The notes: generated by a model from the letters alone, not told the origin. Positions 38,351 through 49,272 are shown, counted from the first letter of the stretch. The stretch is DNA of 64,000 nt from Deltaproteobacteria bacterium (GCA_026388545.1 JAPLJS010000114.1:94737-158736); one strand, 5' to 3'. A program made the numbers and translations.

Positions 38351-39688
38351 ATGATTTCAGCGGAGGATAGAAAGAATATGACTTCTAAAAAGCCCAAGAG
38401 AAAAAAAGTATATGTGGCCATGAGTGCTGATCTGATCCACCCGGGCCATCTGAATATTATTTCCGTAGCCCGGCAGTATGGTGATGTGATTATCGGTCTT
38501 TTGACAGATAGCGCCATAGCAAGTTATAAACGCCTGCCTTATCTTTCTTTCGAACAGCGCAAAGTAATAGTAGAAAACATCGTTGGCGTTGCAGAAGTTA
38601 TTCCACAAGAAACTTTAGATTATGTTCCTAATCTATTGAAGATAAAGCCGCAATACGTTGTACATGGTGATGACTGGCGAACCGGAGTGCAACAAGAAAC
38701 GAGAAAGCGGGTCATCGAAACTCTTCAAAAATGGGGCGGCGAACTTATAGAGCCACCCTACACACCGGGAGTATCATCGACGAACCTAAGCAAAGCTGTA
38801 TGCGAAATTGGAACTACTCCTGATATCAGAGGGAAGCGCCTGAGACGGCTTCTCACAGCCAAACCATTGTCTCGTTTTCTTGAAGTACACAATGGTCTAT
38901 GCGGGTTGATTGTAGAAAATGTTTATATAAATAAAAATGATGTCCGTCACGAATTTGATGGCATGTGGATAAGCAGCCTTACCGATTCCACGGCTAAGGG
39001 TAAACCTGATATTGAGTGTGTCGATCTGACTTCCCGAACACGCACACTTAACGATATCTTAGAAGTGACAACCAAACCGATCATTTTTGACGGAGACACC
39101 GGCGGCATCGCTGAACATTTCGTGTTCATGGTTCGAACACTGGAGCGCTTAGGGGTTTCCGCCGTGATTATTGAAGATAAGATTGGCCTGAAAAGAAATT
39201 CACTCTTTGGTATCGAGGTACAACAACAGCAGGACAGTATAGAAAATTTTTCGCAAAAGATAAGTTTAGGAAAGCGGGCCCAGATTACTGATGACTTTAT
39301 GATTATTGCCCGTATCGAAAGTTTGATACTAAAAGCGGGGATTACCGACGCTGTTGAAAGGGCAAAGGCATATATAGACGCGGGCTGCGATGGTATAATG
39401 ATTCACAGCAGAGAAAAAACACCGGACGAAGTTTTGGAATTTTGCCGGCATTACAATAAATTAAAATCAAGAGTTCCTCTCGTTGTTATTCCGACCACTT
39501 ATTCTCAAGTTACCGAAAGAGAACTCGCCGAAGCTGGAGTAAGGATTGTTATTTATGCCAACCATATGTTGCGAAGCGCTTATCCCGGCATGCTCAAAGC
39601 GGCAAAGATAATCCTCGAGAGCGAGCGCGCCCTTGAAGCGGAAGCTTTGTGCATGCCTATAAATGAGATTATAAATCTGATTAAGTAA
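38351..39688 (+). CDS. pepM: Cytidylyltransferase-like domain fused to phosphoenolpyruvate mutase (PepM)
   Basis: N-terminal about 130 aa carry an HxGH motif ([10 protein letters not shown]) of TagD-type cytidylyltransferases. The C-terminal part is an ICL/PEPM fold with the PepM signature [10 protein letters not shown]. Confidence 0.88.
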   Translation: MISAEDRKNMTSKKPKRKKVYVAMSADLIHPGHLNIISVARQYGDVIIGLLTDSAIASYKRLPYLSFEQRKVIVENIVGVAEVIPQETLDYVPNLLKIKPQYVVHGDDWRTGVQQETRKRVIETLQKWGGELIEPPYTPGVSSTNLSKAVCEIGTTPDIRGKRLRRLLTAKPLSRFLEVHNGLCGLIVENVYINKNDVRHEFDGMWISSLTDSTAKGKPDIECVDLTSRTRTLNDILEVTTKPIIFDGDTGGIAEHFVFMVRTLERLGVSAVIIEDKIGLKRNSLFGIEVQQQQDSIENFSQKISLGKRAQITDDFMIIARIESLILKAGITDAVERAKAYIDAGCDGIMIHSREKTPDEVLEFCRHYNKLKSRVPLVVIPTTYSQVTERELAEAGVRIVIYANHMLRSAYPGMLKAAKIILESERALEAEALCMPINEIINLIK

Positions 39689-39716
39689 AGGGTACTTTGA
39701 TGAGAGGAGACCCGGT

Positions 39717-40844
39717 ATGATCAAATGCAGTACATTTTATGAAATGCTGATAACCCGCGGCATTTCTTTTTTTACCGGTGTACCCGATTCCCTTCTCAAG
39801 GATTTTTGCGCCTATATAACCGATCATGTACCCGACAATCAGCATGTCATTGCCGCCAATGAAGGCGGCGCCGTCGCTCTGGCCGCCGGTCACTATCTGG
39901 CAACAGGCCATATCGGGCTTGTTTATATGCAGAATTCCGGACAGGGCAACGCCGTTAATCCATTAACCTCACTGGCTGATCCTGATGTTTACGGCATTCC
40001 CATACTTTTGTTGATCGGCTGGCGCGGCGAACCGGGAGTAAAGGACGAACCGCAACATGCCAAGCAGGGGAAAATTACACTGCAAATTTTGCAAACATTG
40101 GATATTCCATACCGCATCCTGCCAGAGAATGTTGAAGAAGCCGATCTCTGTTTAGAGGATTTGTTTGCGGAAATATCCACACATAAATGCCCTGCCGCCC
40201 TTATAGTAAAAAAGGGCGTTTTTGATTCCTATAAGTTAAAACAAACGGCAAAAGATATTTCACTTCTCTCTCGTGAATACGCCATACAGAAAATTGTCGA
40301 TTCGTTAAGGCCGACAGACATTCTTGTTTCAACTACCGGAATGATTTCCCGGGAACTTTACGAATATCGAGATGCGATTGACGGCAATCATAGCAGTGAC
40401 TTCCTTACGGTCGGATCCATGGGCCACGCCTCACAAATCGCCATGGGAATCGCCTTGGCAAAACCGGACAGACAGGTTTTTTGTCTCGACGGAGATGGGG
40501 CGGCTTTAATGCACTTAGGCGCCATGGCCATTATCGGATCACGAAACCTTAATAATTTTAAACATATCATTCTTAATAACGCCGCCCATGATTCGGTCGG
40601 CGGCCAGCCAACGGCAGGCAAAGACGTCGCCTTTACAAAGATAGCCATCGCCTGCGGCTATAAATCGACCTTGGTTGTGGAGTCACAGGAAGAACTCAGA
40701 GACCTGCTGCCGCCATTGCTGGCGACGCAAGGCCCTGCTCTGCTGGAAATTCGCGTAAGAAAAGGCGCGAGAGCAGATTTAGGCCGCCCGAAAACGACGC
40801 CACATGAAAATAAGGCGGCATTTATGGAATTCCTTTCGAAATGA
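39717..40844 (+). CDS. ppd: Phosphonopyruvate decarboxylase (TPP-dependent)
   Basis: 375 aa. TPP motif GDGAALMHLGAMA...NN. It immediately follows pepM, which is the classic pairing. Confidence 0.88.
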   Translation: MIKCSTFYEMLITRGISFFTGVPDSLLKDFCAYITDHVPDNQHVIAANEGGAVALAAGHYLATGHIGLVYMQNSGQGNAVNPLTSLADPDVYGIPILLLIGWRGEPGVKDEPQHAKQGKITLQILQTLDIPYRILPENVEEADLCLEDLFAEISTHKCPAALIVKKGVFDSYKLKQTAKDISLLSREYAIQKIVDSLRPTDILVSTTGMISRELYEYRDAIDGNHSSDFLTVGSMGHASQIAMGIALAKPDRQVFCLDGDGAALMHLGAMAIIGSRNLNNFKHIILNNAAHDSVGGQPTAGKDVAFTKIAIACGYKSTLVVESQEELRDLLPPLLATQGPALLEIRVRKGARADLGRPKTTPHENKAAFMEFLSK

Positions 40845-42010
40845 ATCAGCAAGAATATATCGGGTTTGACAGCATCAGTTACTTAGCGACGATCCTTTTA
40901 AAACTTTCTCCTAAAAATATTTTCCTCGTTACGGGCCGGCAATCCTTTGAGGTTTCGGGTGCAAAAAATATATTGGACCCTTTGCTCAAAGGCTTTTCAA
41001 TTGTACCTTACCCATATAATGAACCTAATCCAAAAATTGCAGATATTGAGCGCGGCTTGGAAACGTATAAGAAAGAAAAGCCGGATGTCGTTATTGCCGT
41101 CGGCGGCGGCAGTGTTATCGACACAGCCAAACTGATTAACTTCTTTGCTGCAAACGACATCAAACCGAAAGACTGGTTTAATGAAAAAAAACCTGAAATA
41201 AGGAAAAGCGCCCCTCTGATCGCTATCCCCACAACCTCAGGTTCCGGCAGCGAGGCAACGCATTTTGCTGTGCTCTATATCGGAAAAGAAAAACACTCCG
41301 TGGAGCATGAAACGATGCTTCCGGCTATTGCAATCATTGATCAGGCTTTCTCAATGAATTTGCCACCCTATATCACAGCATCTTCAGGGATGGACGCCCT
41401 ATCCCAGGCCATTGAATCATACTGGAGCATCCATGCCACAGAGCAATCTAAAAAATTGGCCGCAAGTGCAATCGAACTGATCTATCCCGGAATTATCGAC
41501 TGTGTAAATAATCCCACACCAGAGCACCGCCTGTCTATGGCACAGGGCGCCCATTTGGCCGGCAAAGCGATAAGATTAACCAAAACCACCGCCGTCCACG
41601 CCATTTCATATCCCATGACATCATACTTCGGCATACCTCACGGGCATGCATGCGGTTTGATTTTGCCCGGCATGTTTCATTTTATATCCGGCGTTACGGA
41701 AAACAGTCTCACAGATAAACGGGGCCGGGAATATGTGATTAAGACATTAAAAGAAATCGCCGTCTTTCTGGGTGAGAAGAATCATAAAAATGCACCAAAA
41801 AGACTTGAAATGTTGATGAAGGAAATCGGCCTGGAGACAAATTTGAACGCCCTTGGAATAAAATCGAATGATGATATAGAGACCATTATCACTCACGGCT
41901 TTAATCCCGATCGTGTCAAAAACAATCCCCGATATCTAAACAAAAGCGCTTTAAGACATATTTTGAATAAGGCCGCCGCAATGTCGGCCTTTGCAAACCC
42001 TCAAAGCTGA
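40841..42010 (+). CDS. Iron-containing alcohol dehydrogenase (probable phosphonoacetaldehyde reductase giving 2-hydroxyethylphosphonate)
   Basis: Fe-ADH motifs GGGSVIDTAK and the metal-binding His region (HAISYP...HGHACG). Overlaps the ppd stop by 4 nt. No AEP transaminase is present in the cluster. Confidence 0.75.
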   Translation: MNQQEYIGFDSISYLATILLKLSPKNIFLVTGRQSFEVSGAKNILDPLLKGFSIVPYPYNEPNPKIADIERGLETYKKEKPDVVIAVGGGSVIDTAKLINFFAANDIKPKDWFNEKKPEIRKSAPLIAIPTTSGSGSEATHFAVLYIGKEKHSVEHETMLPAIAIIDQAFSMNLPPYITASSGMDALSQAIESYWSIHATEQSKKLAASAIELIYPGIIDCVNNPTPEHRLSMAQGAHLAGKAIRLTKTTAVHAISYPMTSYFGIPHGHACGLILPGMFHFISGVTENSLTDKRGREYVIKTLKEIAVFLGEKNHKNAPKRLEMLMKEIGLETNLNALGIKSNDDIETIITHGFNPDRVKNNPRYLNKSALRHILNKAAAMSAFANPQS

Positions 42011-42013
42011 ACC

Positions 42014-43435
42014 ATGATCAGAAACACCCTCTTCATGTTTACATCGACTATTCTGCGCTTTATCAACGGCGTCCTGCTCTTTATCATCATGGCGCGTTTT
42101 TGGGGTCCTCAAACCTTCGGTGTTTTCATGTATCCGTTCACTCTGGCGGCCATCATCGTCATATTAGTTGACTACGGTTTCAATCTCCAACTGGTCAGGG
42201 ACGTAGGGAAAAAAACCCAGGAAGCACATAGGCTGACCTGTCAGGCGGTGGCGATAAAAACGATTTTAACCGCAATAGTAGCCGTTTTTGGCTTGCCGTT
42301 GATCCTTCTATTAAAGTCACTTGAGGGGTATCGCCTTATCCTTGGTTTGCTTCTATTCTCAAATATTCTGAATTCCTACGGCTTGCTTTTTAACTTGAGT
42401 TTTCGGGGTATGGGCCTGTTCGATAGAGAGGTGAAGACTGTATTTTGGTCAAGCATAGTTACTTTTCTCTTAGTCGGAGGGCTTGTATTATCTGGTCAGG
42501 GTCCTGAAGTCATCGCCATAGGATTTGTTCTTTCCAAGGCTTTTTTTCTGATTCTTTCTTGGGCGGTTTACCGGCATCTTATTGGCGGGACCAAGTTTAT
42601 ATATCCTAACCGACGTAGCGCGCTTACGGCGCTGAGTAGTGGATTCCCTTTTGCGGCCCATGTAGCTTTAGGCACACTTTATTTTTCCGTTGATACGATC
42701 ATTATTCAACACTTTCTCGGTGCAGAAAATGTCGGCATTTATCAGGCCGGATTGAGGATAATGGTCGGCGGATTGATATTGACTGATGTACTTTCCAACA
42801 TTTACCTGAGTCGTATGGCCAAAGACAGTTATGATCGCAAGGCATTGATCAGTCTGTCTACACGCATGACGCGCCATTGCTTGATGATAGGCGTGTTTGG
42901 CTTTATTTGTATGATTGGTTTCTCGGATCTGATTGTGAAATTAATTTATGGCAGTAATGGTTTCAGCAAGGTCATTCCTCTATTTCCTCTTTTTGGCATA
43001 GTTCTTCTATTGCGTTATTTAGGAGCTTCCTATGGTATTCTTTTGACGGTTGATAATCGCCAGGTTGTGCGTATGGTTGGTGTAGGTTTATCCGTTATCG
43101 TCAGTATCGCTCTCAACATTCTCTTGATTCCAAGATTCAATTTAAACGGCGCCCTCTTTGCGTCGATTATCACCCATGTTTTCTTGACGGCCATCTATAT
43201 CTTTTTCGCATGGCGGCAAGTTCAGAGTTGGCTTATAGAGAAGCGCTCATGGATTTTAATTTCAATTGCCGTTTTGACAGGATTGTTTCAACTGTTCATT
43301 ATTCCTGATCATAATATAATGCGTTACACAGTTATGACCGGCGCTCTTTTGTTTGTCGGTCTCATTGGCATAACCTCAACTGAATATTCTAACCTCGTGA
43401 AGCGCTTGCAAAGATATGCATCAAACGCTGCCTGA
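42014..43435 (+). CDS. Polysaccharide flippase (Wzx/MOP superfamily)
   Basis: 473 aa with about 12-14 predicted TM helices. Typical polysaccharide-biosynthesis-protein N-terminus. Confidence 0.8.
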   Translation: MIRNTLFMFTSTILRFINGVLLFIIMARFWGPQTFGVFMYPFTLAAIIVILVDYGFNLQLVRDVGKKTQEAHRLTCQAVAIKTILTAIVAVFGLPLILLLKSLEGYRLILGLLLFSNILNSYGLLFNLSFRGMGLFDREVKTVFWSSIVTFLLVGGLVLSGQGPEVIAIGFVLSKAFFLILSWAVYRHLIGGTKFIYPNRRSALTALSSGFPFAAHVALGTLYFSVDTIIIQHFLGAENVGIYQAGLRIMVGGLILTDVLSNIYLSRMAKDSYDRKALISLSTRMTRHCLMIGVFGFICMIGFSDLIVKLIYGSNGFSKVIPLFPLFGIVLLLRYLGASYGILLTVDNRQVVRMVGVGLSVIVSIALNILLIPRFNLNGALFASIITHVFLTAIYIFFAWRQVQSWLIEKRSWILISIAVLTGLFQLFIIPDHNIMRYTVMTGALLFVGLIGITSTEYSNLVKRLQRYASNAA

Positions 43436-43447
43436 TTTGGAGGTAAG

Positions 43448-44671
43448 GTGTACCAGAGAATCCGGGCGCTCATTATAAATCTGATTTCACTACCTCTTTA
43501 CTGGATTAGTTTTTTTACCCCGCGCAATAAAAATATCTGGGTATTCGGCGCATGGCTTGGCCGTAGTTACACGGACAACAGTAAATGGCTCTTTGAAAGT
43601 GTTTGTAAAAATGAGCCCCAAATCAGGGCAATCTGGCTGACCCGTGAACGTAAAGTTGTAAATGAAATGCACAGGTATGGGTTTGAAGTGTACATGATTA
43701 AGTCCTGGAAAGGCTACTGGCTTACCTGCCGGGCCGGTCTCGCGATAGCCTGTTGGGGTAACGCTGATGTAAACAGGATAGCTATTTCGCGAGCCAAGAA
43801 GCTCCAGTTATGGCATGGTTCACCCATGAAACAAATCGTAATGGATGACAAATATGCTCAGATAGATACTTCAAGCTTATTAGGATTATTGCAAAAGATT
43901 TGGCAGGCTTTTTTCCCGTTTACTGTGGAACGGTGGGATGTGGTCATCGCTTGCAGTGAAGTTTTCAAGAGATATATGGCAAGCGCTTTCGGGGTAAGCC
44001 CGCTGCAAGTCAAAGTCACCGGTTATCCAAGAAACGATGTTCTGCTTGATCCCAATCCACCGATTATTCCTTTTATTGAGGAACTCAAAAAGTCCCTTGT
44101 GGTTAAGTATGTGCTTATTTATGCACCAACCTTTCGAAATGATCCAAAAGATATGGACAAGTTGTTTCATACTTTCGAAGTGGAGAAGTTTGAAAGTTTT
44201 TTGACGGATCATGAGGCTGTTTTATTAATCAAGATGCATTACGTTTACCTTAATTCACCCCAAGTGATCAATTTGAAAGAGCGAATTTCGCGCATTTGTT
44301 GGCTTGATGAGAAGTCGGTTCCGGAGATCAATCCGTTACTTAATTTTACTGACATACTTATTACCGATTATTCCGGTGTATACTTCGATTACTTGCTTTT
44401 GGACAGGCCAGTGGTGTTCGCTCCCTTTGATCTTGAAAACTACCTTGCGGGCGATCGTGAAATGTATGAAGATTACAACCACGTCGCAATGGCCGGCCCA
44501 AAATGTCGAGATTGGAACGATGTAATGAAGGCCTGCCAAGAAATATTAAATGGCAATGATAAATGCCGCGTGGAGCGAAAGGCGGCGCAAAGAAAATACA
44601 ATAGCTTCGTTGATGCAAATAGTTGCTCACGAGTTATAGAGGTGGGGAAAAATATGGTTGGGATTCAATAG
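43448..44671 (+). CDS. CDP-glycerol glycerophosphotransferase (TagB/TagF) family protein
   Basis: GTG start. Motifs QLWHGSPMK, VTGYPRND, LIYAPTFRND and ITDYSGVYFDYLLLDRP are typical of TagF-family enzymes. Confidence 0.8.
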   Translation: MYQRIRALIINLISLPLYWISFFTPRNKNIWVFGAWLGRSYTDNSKWLFESVCKNEPQIRAIWLTRERKVVNEMHRYGFEVYMIKSWKGYWLTCRAGLAIACWGNADVNRIAISRAKKLQLWHGSPMKQIVMDDKYAQIDTSSLLGLLQKIWQAFFPFTVERWDVVIACSEVFKRYMASAFGVSPLQVKVTGYPRNDVLLDPNPPIIPFIEELKKSLVVKYVLIYAPTFRNDPKDMDKLFHTFEVEKFESFLTDHEAVLLIKMHYVYLNSPQVINLKERISRICWLDEKSVPEINPLLNFTDILITDYSGVYFDYLLLDRPVVFAPFDLENYLAGDREMYEDYNHVAMAGPKCRDWNDVMKACQEILNGNDKCRVERKAAQRKYNSFVDANSCSRVIEVGKNMVGIQ

Positions 44672-44684
44672 GTTGAATTAGAGT

Positions 44685-45659
44685 ATGAAAAAAATCAACA
44701 TATTAATGGCTACTTTTAATGGTGGCCGATATTTGAGCGAACAACTTGATAGCTTATTAGAACAGACGTATGAATACTGGACTCTTTATATTCGTGATGA
44801 CGGTTCGTCCGATGACTCAATGAAGATAGTTAAAAGTTACTCAAAAAGAGATAAACGTATTCAACTCTTACCATCTTCTGGTCAAAACGTTGGGGCATGC
44901 CAAAATTTTGCACAACTGATGGAAAATACAGACGGACCTTATGTGATGTTCTGTGATCAAGATGATATCTGGTTGCCTGATAAGACTGAAACAACATTGA
45001 AGGTTATGAAAGACAGTGAGAAGCGCTTTGGAACAGGTATGCCGATCTTGGTGCATACGGATTGCGCAGTTGTCAATTCATCTTGCCAAGTTATTCATCC
45101 ATCATTCATGCGTTATCAGAAGATGAATCACGTAGATGATAACCCTCTTCGAATCTTATTAACTCAAAATTTTGTTACAGGCTGCACTGTTATGATTAAT
45201 CGTGCGCTTCTATCAAAATGTCTGCCGGTACCAAATACTGCCTTGATGTACGATTGGTGGATAGCGCTGGTCGCTGCAGCACTTGGTAAATTAGTATTTA
45301 TTCCTCATTCAACACTCTTATATAGACAACATACTGATAATGTGGCAGGTGCTAAGAAAATTATCTCCAGGAGAAATTTGCGTCGCTTAGTCAATTTTGA
45401 AGAACTCGATAAATCGATGATTAAGCTAATGTTGCAGAATTGTGCTCTGTTGAAACACATAAATAGTCAAAATGATGTTAAAAATAATTATATGCTTGAA
45501 GAGTTTATATCATCAATAAAGACGAGAGGGACGGCCGCATTCACTTGTAGCCTCAAATATCGCATAGTAAAACAAGGGATTCTACGTAATTTACTTTTTT
45601 TCTTTCAACTAGCTAAGGGTTCATATACTCACGCAATACGTTCTGAATATACTAAATGA
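44685..45659 (+). CDS. Glycosyltransferase family 2
   Basis: INILMATFNGGRYLSEQLDSLLEQTY...IRDDGSSDDS and DQDDIW (DxD motif). Confidence 0.85.
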   Translation: MKKINILMATFNGGRYLSEQLDSLLEQTYEYWTLYIRDDGSSDDSMKIVKSYSKRDKRIQLLPSSGQNVGACQNFAQLMENTDGPYVMFCDQDDIWLPDKTETTLKVMKDSEKRFGTGMPILVHTDCAVVNSSCQVIHPSFMRYQKMNHVDDNPLRILLTQNFVTGCTVMINRALLSKCLPVPNTALMYDWWIALVAAALGKLVFIPHSTLLYRQHTDNVAGAKKIISRRNLRRLVNFEELDKSMIKLMLQNCALLKHINSQNDVKNNYMLEEFISSIKTRGTAAFTCSLKYRIVKQGILRNLLFFFQLAKGSYTHAIRSEYTK

Positions 45660-47005
45660 TAAAGAGAATAATATTAAGTATTCCCTTTTTATTTCTTGTA
45701 GAATTAATTTTAGGAGGGCCTGGTTTTTGGAAAATAACTGAAGCAATTACTGTTAGAAAGATTTTATTTATTTTTTCCTTTATTATCCTGTATTCATATG
45801 CGTTTATTAGGGGGCGATGGCGCATCACAATATTTGATTTTGGTTTGCTGATATTCATATTTGCTAATATACTTATATGGATTTTCTGGATTCCTATCAT
45901 ACATAATACTGAGTTAAGTTGGGCATTTGGTGATGGCGGGTCGATTTTTATGTTGTTGCTTTATTTCCCATTGGTTGCTTTAATGCGGACAGCAAATATT
46001 AATTGGGGGATCGTTAGGGTTATATTTGTTGTTTTGGCATTTATTGTTGCTCTTATTCATGTTGCGATATGGGCTGTCGTATATATTCTACCAGATTTCG
46101 GCACAACAATGGGAATGATCGCCAAAATCTTTTTCTGTGCAGAAGATTATAGAGGCATATATATTGGTTATATGCCGGACGGCTACTATAGGGTTATGTG
46201 GATTTCCTCACTATATTTAATTCCAGCATTATTCATCGCCCTACAATTAGTTAGGCGTAATCAGTTATATTTTATCGTAATATTTTTTATATTATTTGCT
46301 ATTATATTTACCTACACGCGTTCTTTTTGGTTGGGTGTAGCTATAGGTTTTCTCTCTTTGAGCATGATTCCTTTAGTTCGCTTGGCTAATTCTTGTTGTG
46401 TAGGACGTATTAGTTTTTCTGGCCCTTCGATCGCATTCAGTAGTTTTTTTATCCTTATGGGCGTAATTTTACTTTTTTGGAATTATGACCCAATAGCCCC
46501 TATTTTTTCACGCTTTTTTAGCCTGTTTGCAGGCGATGAGGGCGTTCAGATCAGGCTAAATCAAAGTCAGGCATTGATGGAAACATGGTCTAATTATCCG
46601 CTCTTTGGTACCGGTTTCGGCGGTGTTGCGAAACACTTGATACGCTCAGAAAGTGCGGCATTTTCTTACGAGATGTTTCTTCCGATGCTCTTAATGAAGA
46701 TTGGGCTTTGTGGTATATTTTTGTGGGCTGTTACCGTCTTTAATCTTTTTTTTAATGCGTGGAGAATAGCAAAAATGACAAAGGGGAGTCATTGGCTAAG
46801 ATATTGGTTGGCAAGTTGGCTAGCGTTTATAATTCCGTGCATGACTAATCCATATTTATTCAATTTTGTAGGTATGTCTATCGTGTTGTTTTTACTTTTA
46901 GAAATGGAATGGCAAAAACTTGCAAAACTAGCAGAAAAACAGAAGCTTCATGAATGCACAAATATTCCGTTAGATGCTTCTCAACAGCCTGCAATTTCTC
47001 TCTAA
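45656..47005 (+). CDS. O-antigen polymerase/ligase-like (Wzy-type) integral membrane protein
   Basis: About 12 TM helices with a periplasmic loop (...FTYTRSFWLG...). Overlaps the GT2 stop. AT-rich. Confidence 0.6.
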   Translation: MIKRIILSIPFLFLVELILGGPGFWKITEAITVRKILFIFSFIILYSYAFIRGRWRITIFDFGLLIFIFANILIWIFWIPIIHNTELSWAFGDGGSIFMLLLYFPLVALMRTANINWGIVRVIFVVLAFIVALIHVAIWAVVYILPDFGTTMGMIAKIFFCAEDYRGIYIGYMPDGYYRVMWISSLYLIPALFIALQLVRRNQLYFIVIFFILFAIIFTYTRSFWLGVAIGFLSLSMIPLVRLANSCCVGRISFSGPSIAFSSFFILMGVILLFWNYDPIAPIFSRFFSLFAGDEGVQIRLNQSQALMETWSNYPLFGTGFGGVAKHLIRSESAAFSYEMFLPMLLMKIGLCGIFLWAVTVFNLFFNAWRIAKMTKGSHWLRYWLASWLAFIIPCMTNPYLFNFVGMSIVLFLLLEMEWQKLAKLAEKQKLHECTNIPLDASQQPAISL

Positions 47006-47010
47006 AATAA

Positions 47011-48783
47011 TTGAAAATGTTAGTAAATAGATACGGAATAATGGTTGTTATCCTTTTCCTGTTCATGCCACAAAATGGCTATAGCATGCTATTAGTTCAG
47101 GACAGGAAGCCTCAGGCCACCATTATCATTGCTGAAGACTGTCCCGACTCAGTTTGGTTTGCAGCGTCGGAATTTCAAAAATATGTGCAGAAGACAACCG
47201 GCGCGTTGCTTTCCATAAAACATAAGATGCCTGTCACAGATAAGTCAACAGGGTACGTATTGATAGGCGAGAGCGATTATACTCGACAAAAAGGTATAAA
47301 TGTCGGACTCAAAAAACCCGATGAATTCCGAATAGTCAGTCGCGACAATTGGCTGGTAATTATGGGAAAGGATTATAAAGGAAAGCCAATTGTTGGTATG
47401 AGGAGTCCTTGGCGTAGTAAAGAGGTATATAATGCAAAGTTGAAGCTTAATGCATTCGGAGAAACAGGCACGTTGTATGGCGTCTATTATTTCTTGCATC
47501 GCTTCTGTGGTGTACGGTGGTATATGCCGGGAGAGTTAGGGGAAGTAATCCAGCCCAAAAACACTTTGCAAGTTTCCAATGTTGACATTAAAAAAGCTCC
47601 TGATTTTGAATATCGATATGTATGGCTGTGTGATTTCGCTGATGATGTAGATGCCGCCCTTTGGTACAAAAGAACTGGTTTCGGCGCGGCCGCACCTGTA
47701 CAAATAATAGACTCATTCCATTTTTTCCTGAAGTACAAAGATACGCATCCTGAATACTTTGCCTTAATCAATGGACGTCGTGATTTTACTGACTTATCTT
47801 CAAAACGAGGTGGCGGCAATCTTGACCTATCCAATGGAGATGTATTCAAACAATGGATTGCAGATATAAGAAAATATTTTGATGAGCATCCGGAGCAAAG
47901 GTTCTATCCGCTAGCACCCAATGATGGTATGTTCAAAATATGTGAATGCAAAGACTGTCAATCTCAGATTAACGAAAAAATGGGCGAGGAGGGTAAGTAT
48001 TCAGATTATATCTGGGGTTTTATAGACAGGGTGGCGAAAGAGATATACAAATCGCATCCTGATAAGTTTATAGGCTGCATGGCATACGAACATTACCAAT
48101 ATCCCCCCAGCAAACTGAAAAGGTTAAATCCCAATGTTGCTGTGATGATCGCTAAATGGAGGATGTTCTATAATGATCCCGAATACCACAAAAAGATGGA
48201 CCGCTTTATAGAAGGCTGGCGCGTGAAAAGTAACCATATCTACATATGGGAATACTATTTAAATTCATGGGGAGTTTTGCGAGGGCACCCTGTATTTTTC
48301 CCGCATACCATAGCCGACGACCTTAGATACTTAAAGAAATTCAGCAAGGGTGAGTTTATTGAAGCTGAAACTTGGCAAGGATCTGAACCACAAAAGATGG
48401 GCTTCTATGGTATGTCACACCTGAATCTATACCTCACTGGGAAGCTTTTCTGGAATGTCAACGAAAACCTGGATGATATTTTAAACGAGTACTACAGAGT
48501 GTTCTATGGTCCAGCAAAAGAGGAAATGAGGATGTTTTGGAATTTGGCCGAGGCGGCTTGGATGAAGAAAATTAACATAAAAGAAAAAAGCTTTACACGC
48601 TTTCTAAGGTCTAAATCTCTTATAGATAGTCGATATGACAAAGAGACATTGGGGCAAATGCACTCTCTGCTCCAGAACGGGTTGCACAAGTTACATGAAG
48701 GATCAATTTATCACAAAAGAGTTAAATTGATTTATTCTGAAATATTTGACGATAGGCTTTTCCCCATGGTTCAGTCATGGTAA
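47011..48783 (+). CDS. DUF4838-like secreted protein (glycoside-hydrolase-like)
   Basis: Signal peptide. The N-terminal ATIIIAEDCPDSVWFAASEFQKYVQK pattern and overall length resemble DUF4838 proteins. Low certainty. Confidence 0.5.
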   Translation: MKMLVNRYGIMVVILFLFMPQNGYSMLLVQDRKPQATIIIAEDCPDSVWFAASEFQKYVQKTTGALLSIKHKMPVTDKSTGYVLIGESDYTRQKGINVGLKKPDEFRIVSRDNWLVIMGKDYKGKPIVGMRSPWRSKEVYNAKLKLNAFGETGTLYGVYYFLHRFCGVRWYMPGELGEVIQPKNTLQVSNVDIKKAPDFEYRYVWLCDFADDVDAALWYKRTGFGAAAPVQIIDSFHFFLKYKDTHPEYFALINGRRDFTDLSSKRGGGNLDLSNGDVFKQWIADIRKYFDEHPEQRFYPLAPNDGMFKICECKDCQSQINEKMGEEGKYSDYIWGFIDRVAKEIYKSHPDKFIGCMAYEHYQYPPSKLKRLNPNVAVMIAKWRMFYNDPEYHKKMDRFIEGWRVKSNHIYIWEYYLNSWGVLRGHPVFFPHTIADDLRYLKKFSKGEFIEAETWQGSEPQKMGFYGMSHLNLYLTGKLFWNVNENLDDILNEYYRVFYGPAKEEMRMFWNLAEAAWMKKINIKEKSFTRFLRSKSLIDSRYDKETLGQMHSLLQNGLHKLHEGSIYHKRVKLIYSEIFDDRLFPMVQSW

Positions 48784-49272
48784 GCACTAATTTGAGCTGT
48801 GATATTTGTCCATGTCAAAATATCCAATGAATGCATCAAAACGCGGCGATTAGATTGGCAGTAAGGGAAAAATTAAACAAAAAGCGGTTCATCCGGGTTA
48901 ACCCATCTACCGCAGTTCTAAAGTTTGGAAGTAGTAATATCAAGTAGTTACGATAAAAATCAGGTCATTTTCGTCACTACATTTCAATGATCTTTGGTTT
49001 ATTTGGAAGCAAAATCTTCATTCTTTGAATCAGTACTTTGAGTTCCTTTGGCGGCGTTGCCACAACCCTGAGTCTGATTTTTCTGTCCCGTATAGAGACC
49101 TTTGAATTTTCTCATTTCGAGGAGCATTGAGAGCTGTGAATTTTCAAAATTTCATTAGAGTTTATTTTTCTATCCGTTTTTTCAGAAAATTGGACATTGG
49201 TTAAGGATATTACTGATTCATCCGGTTCTTGCGTACTTGCATGTATGGTAATGATATTATTCAGTTTAATAT

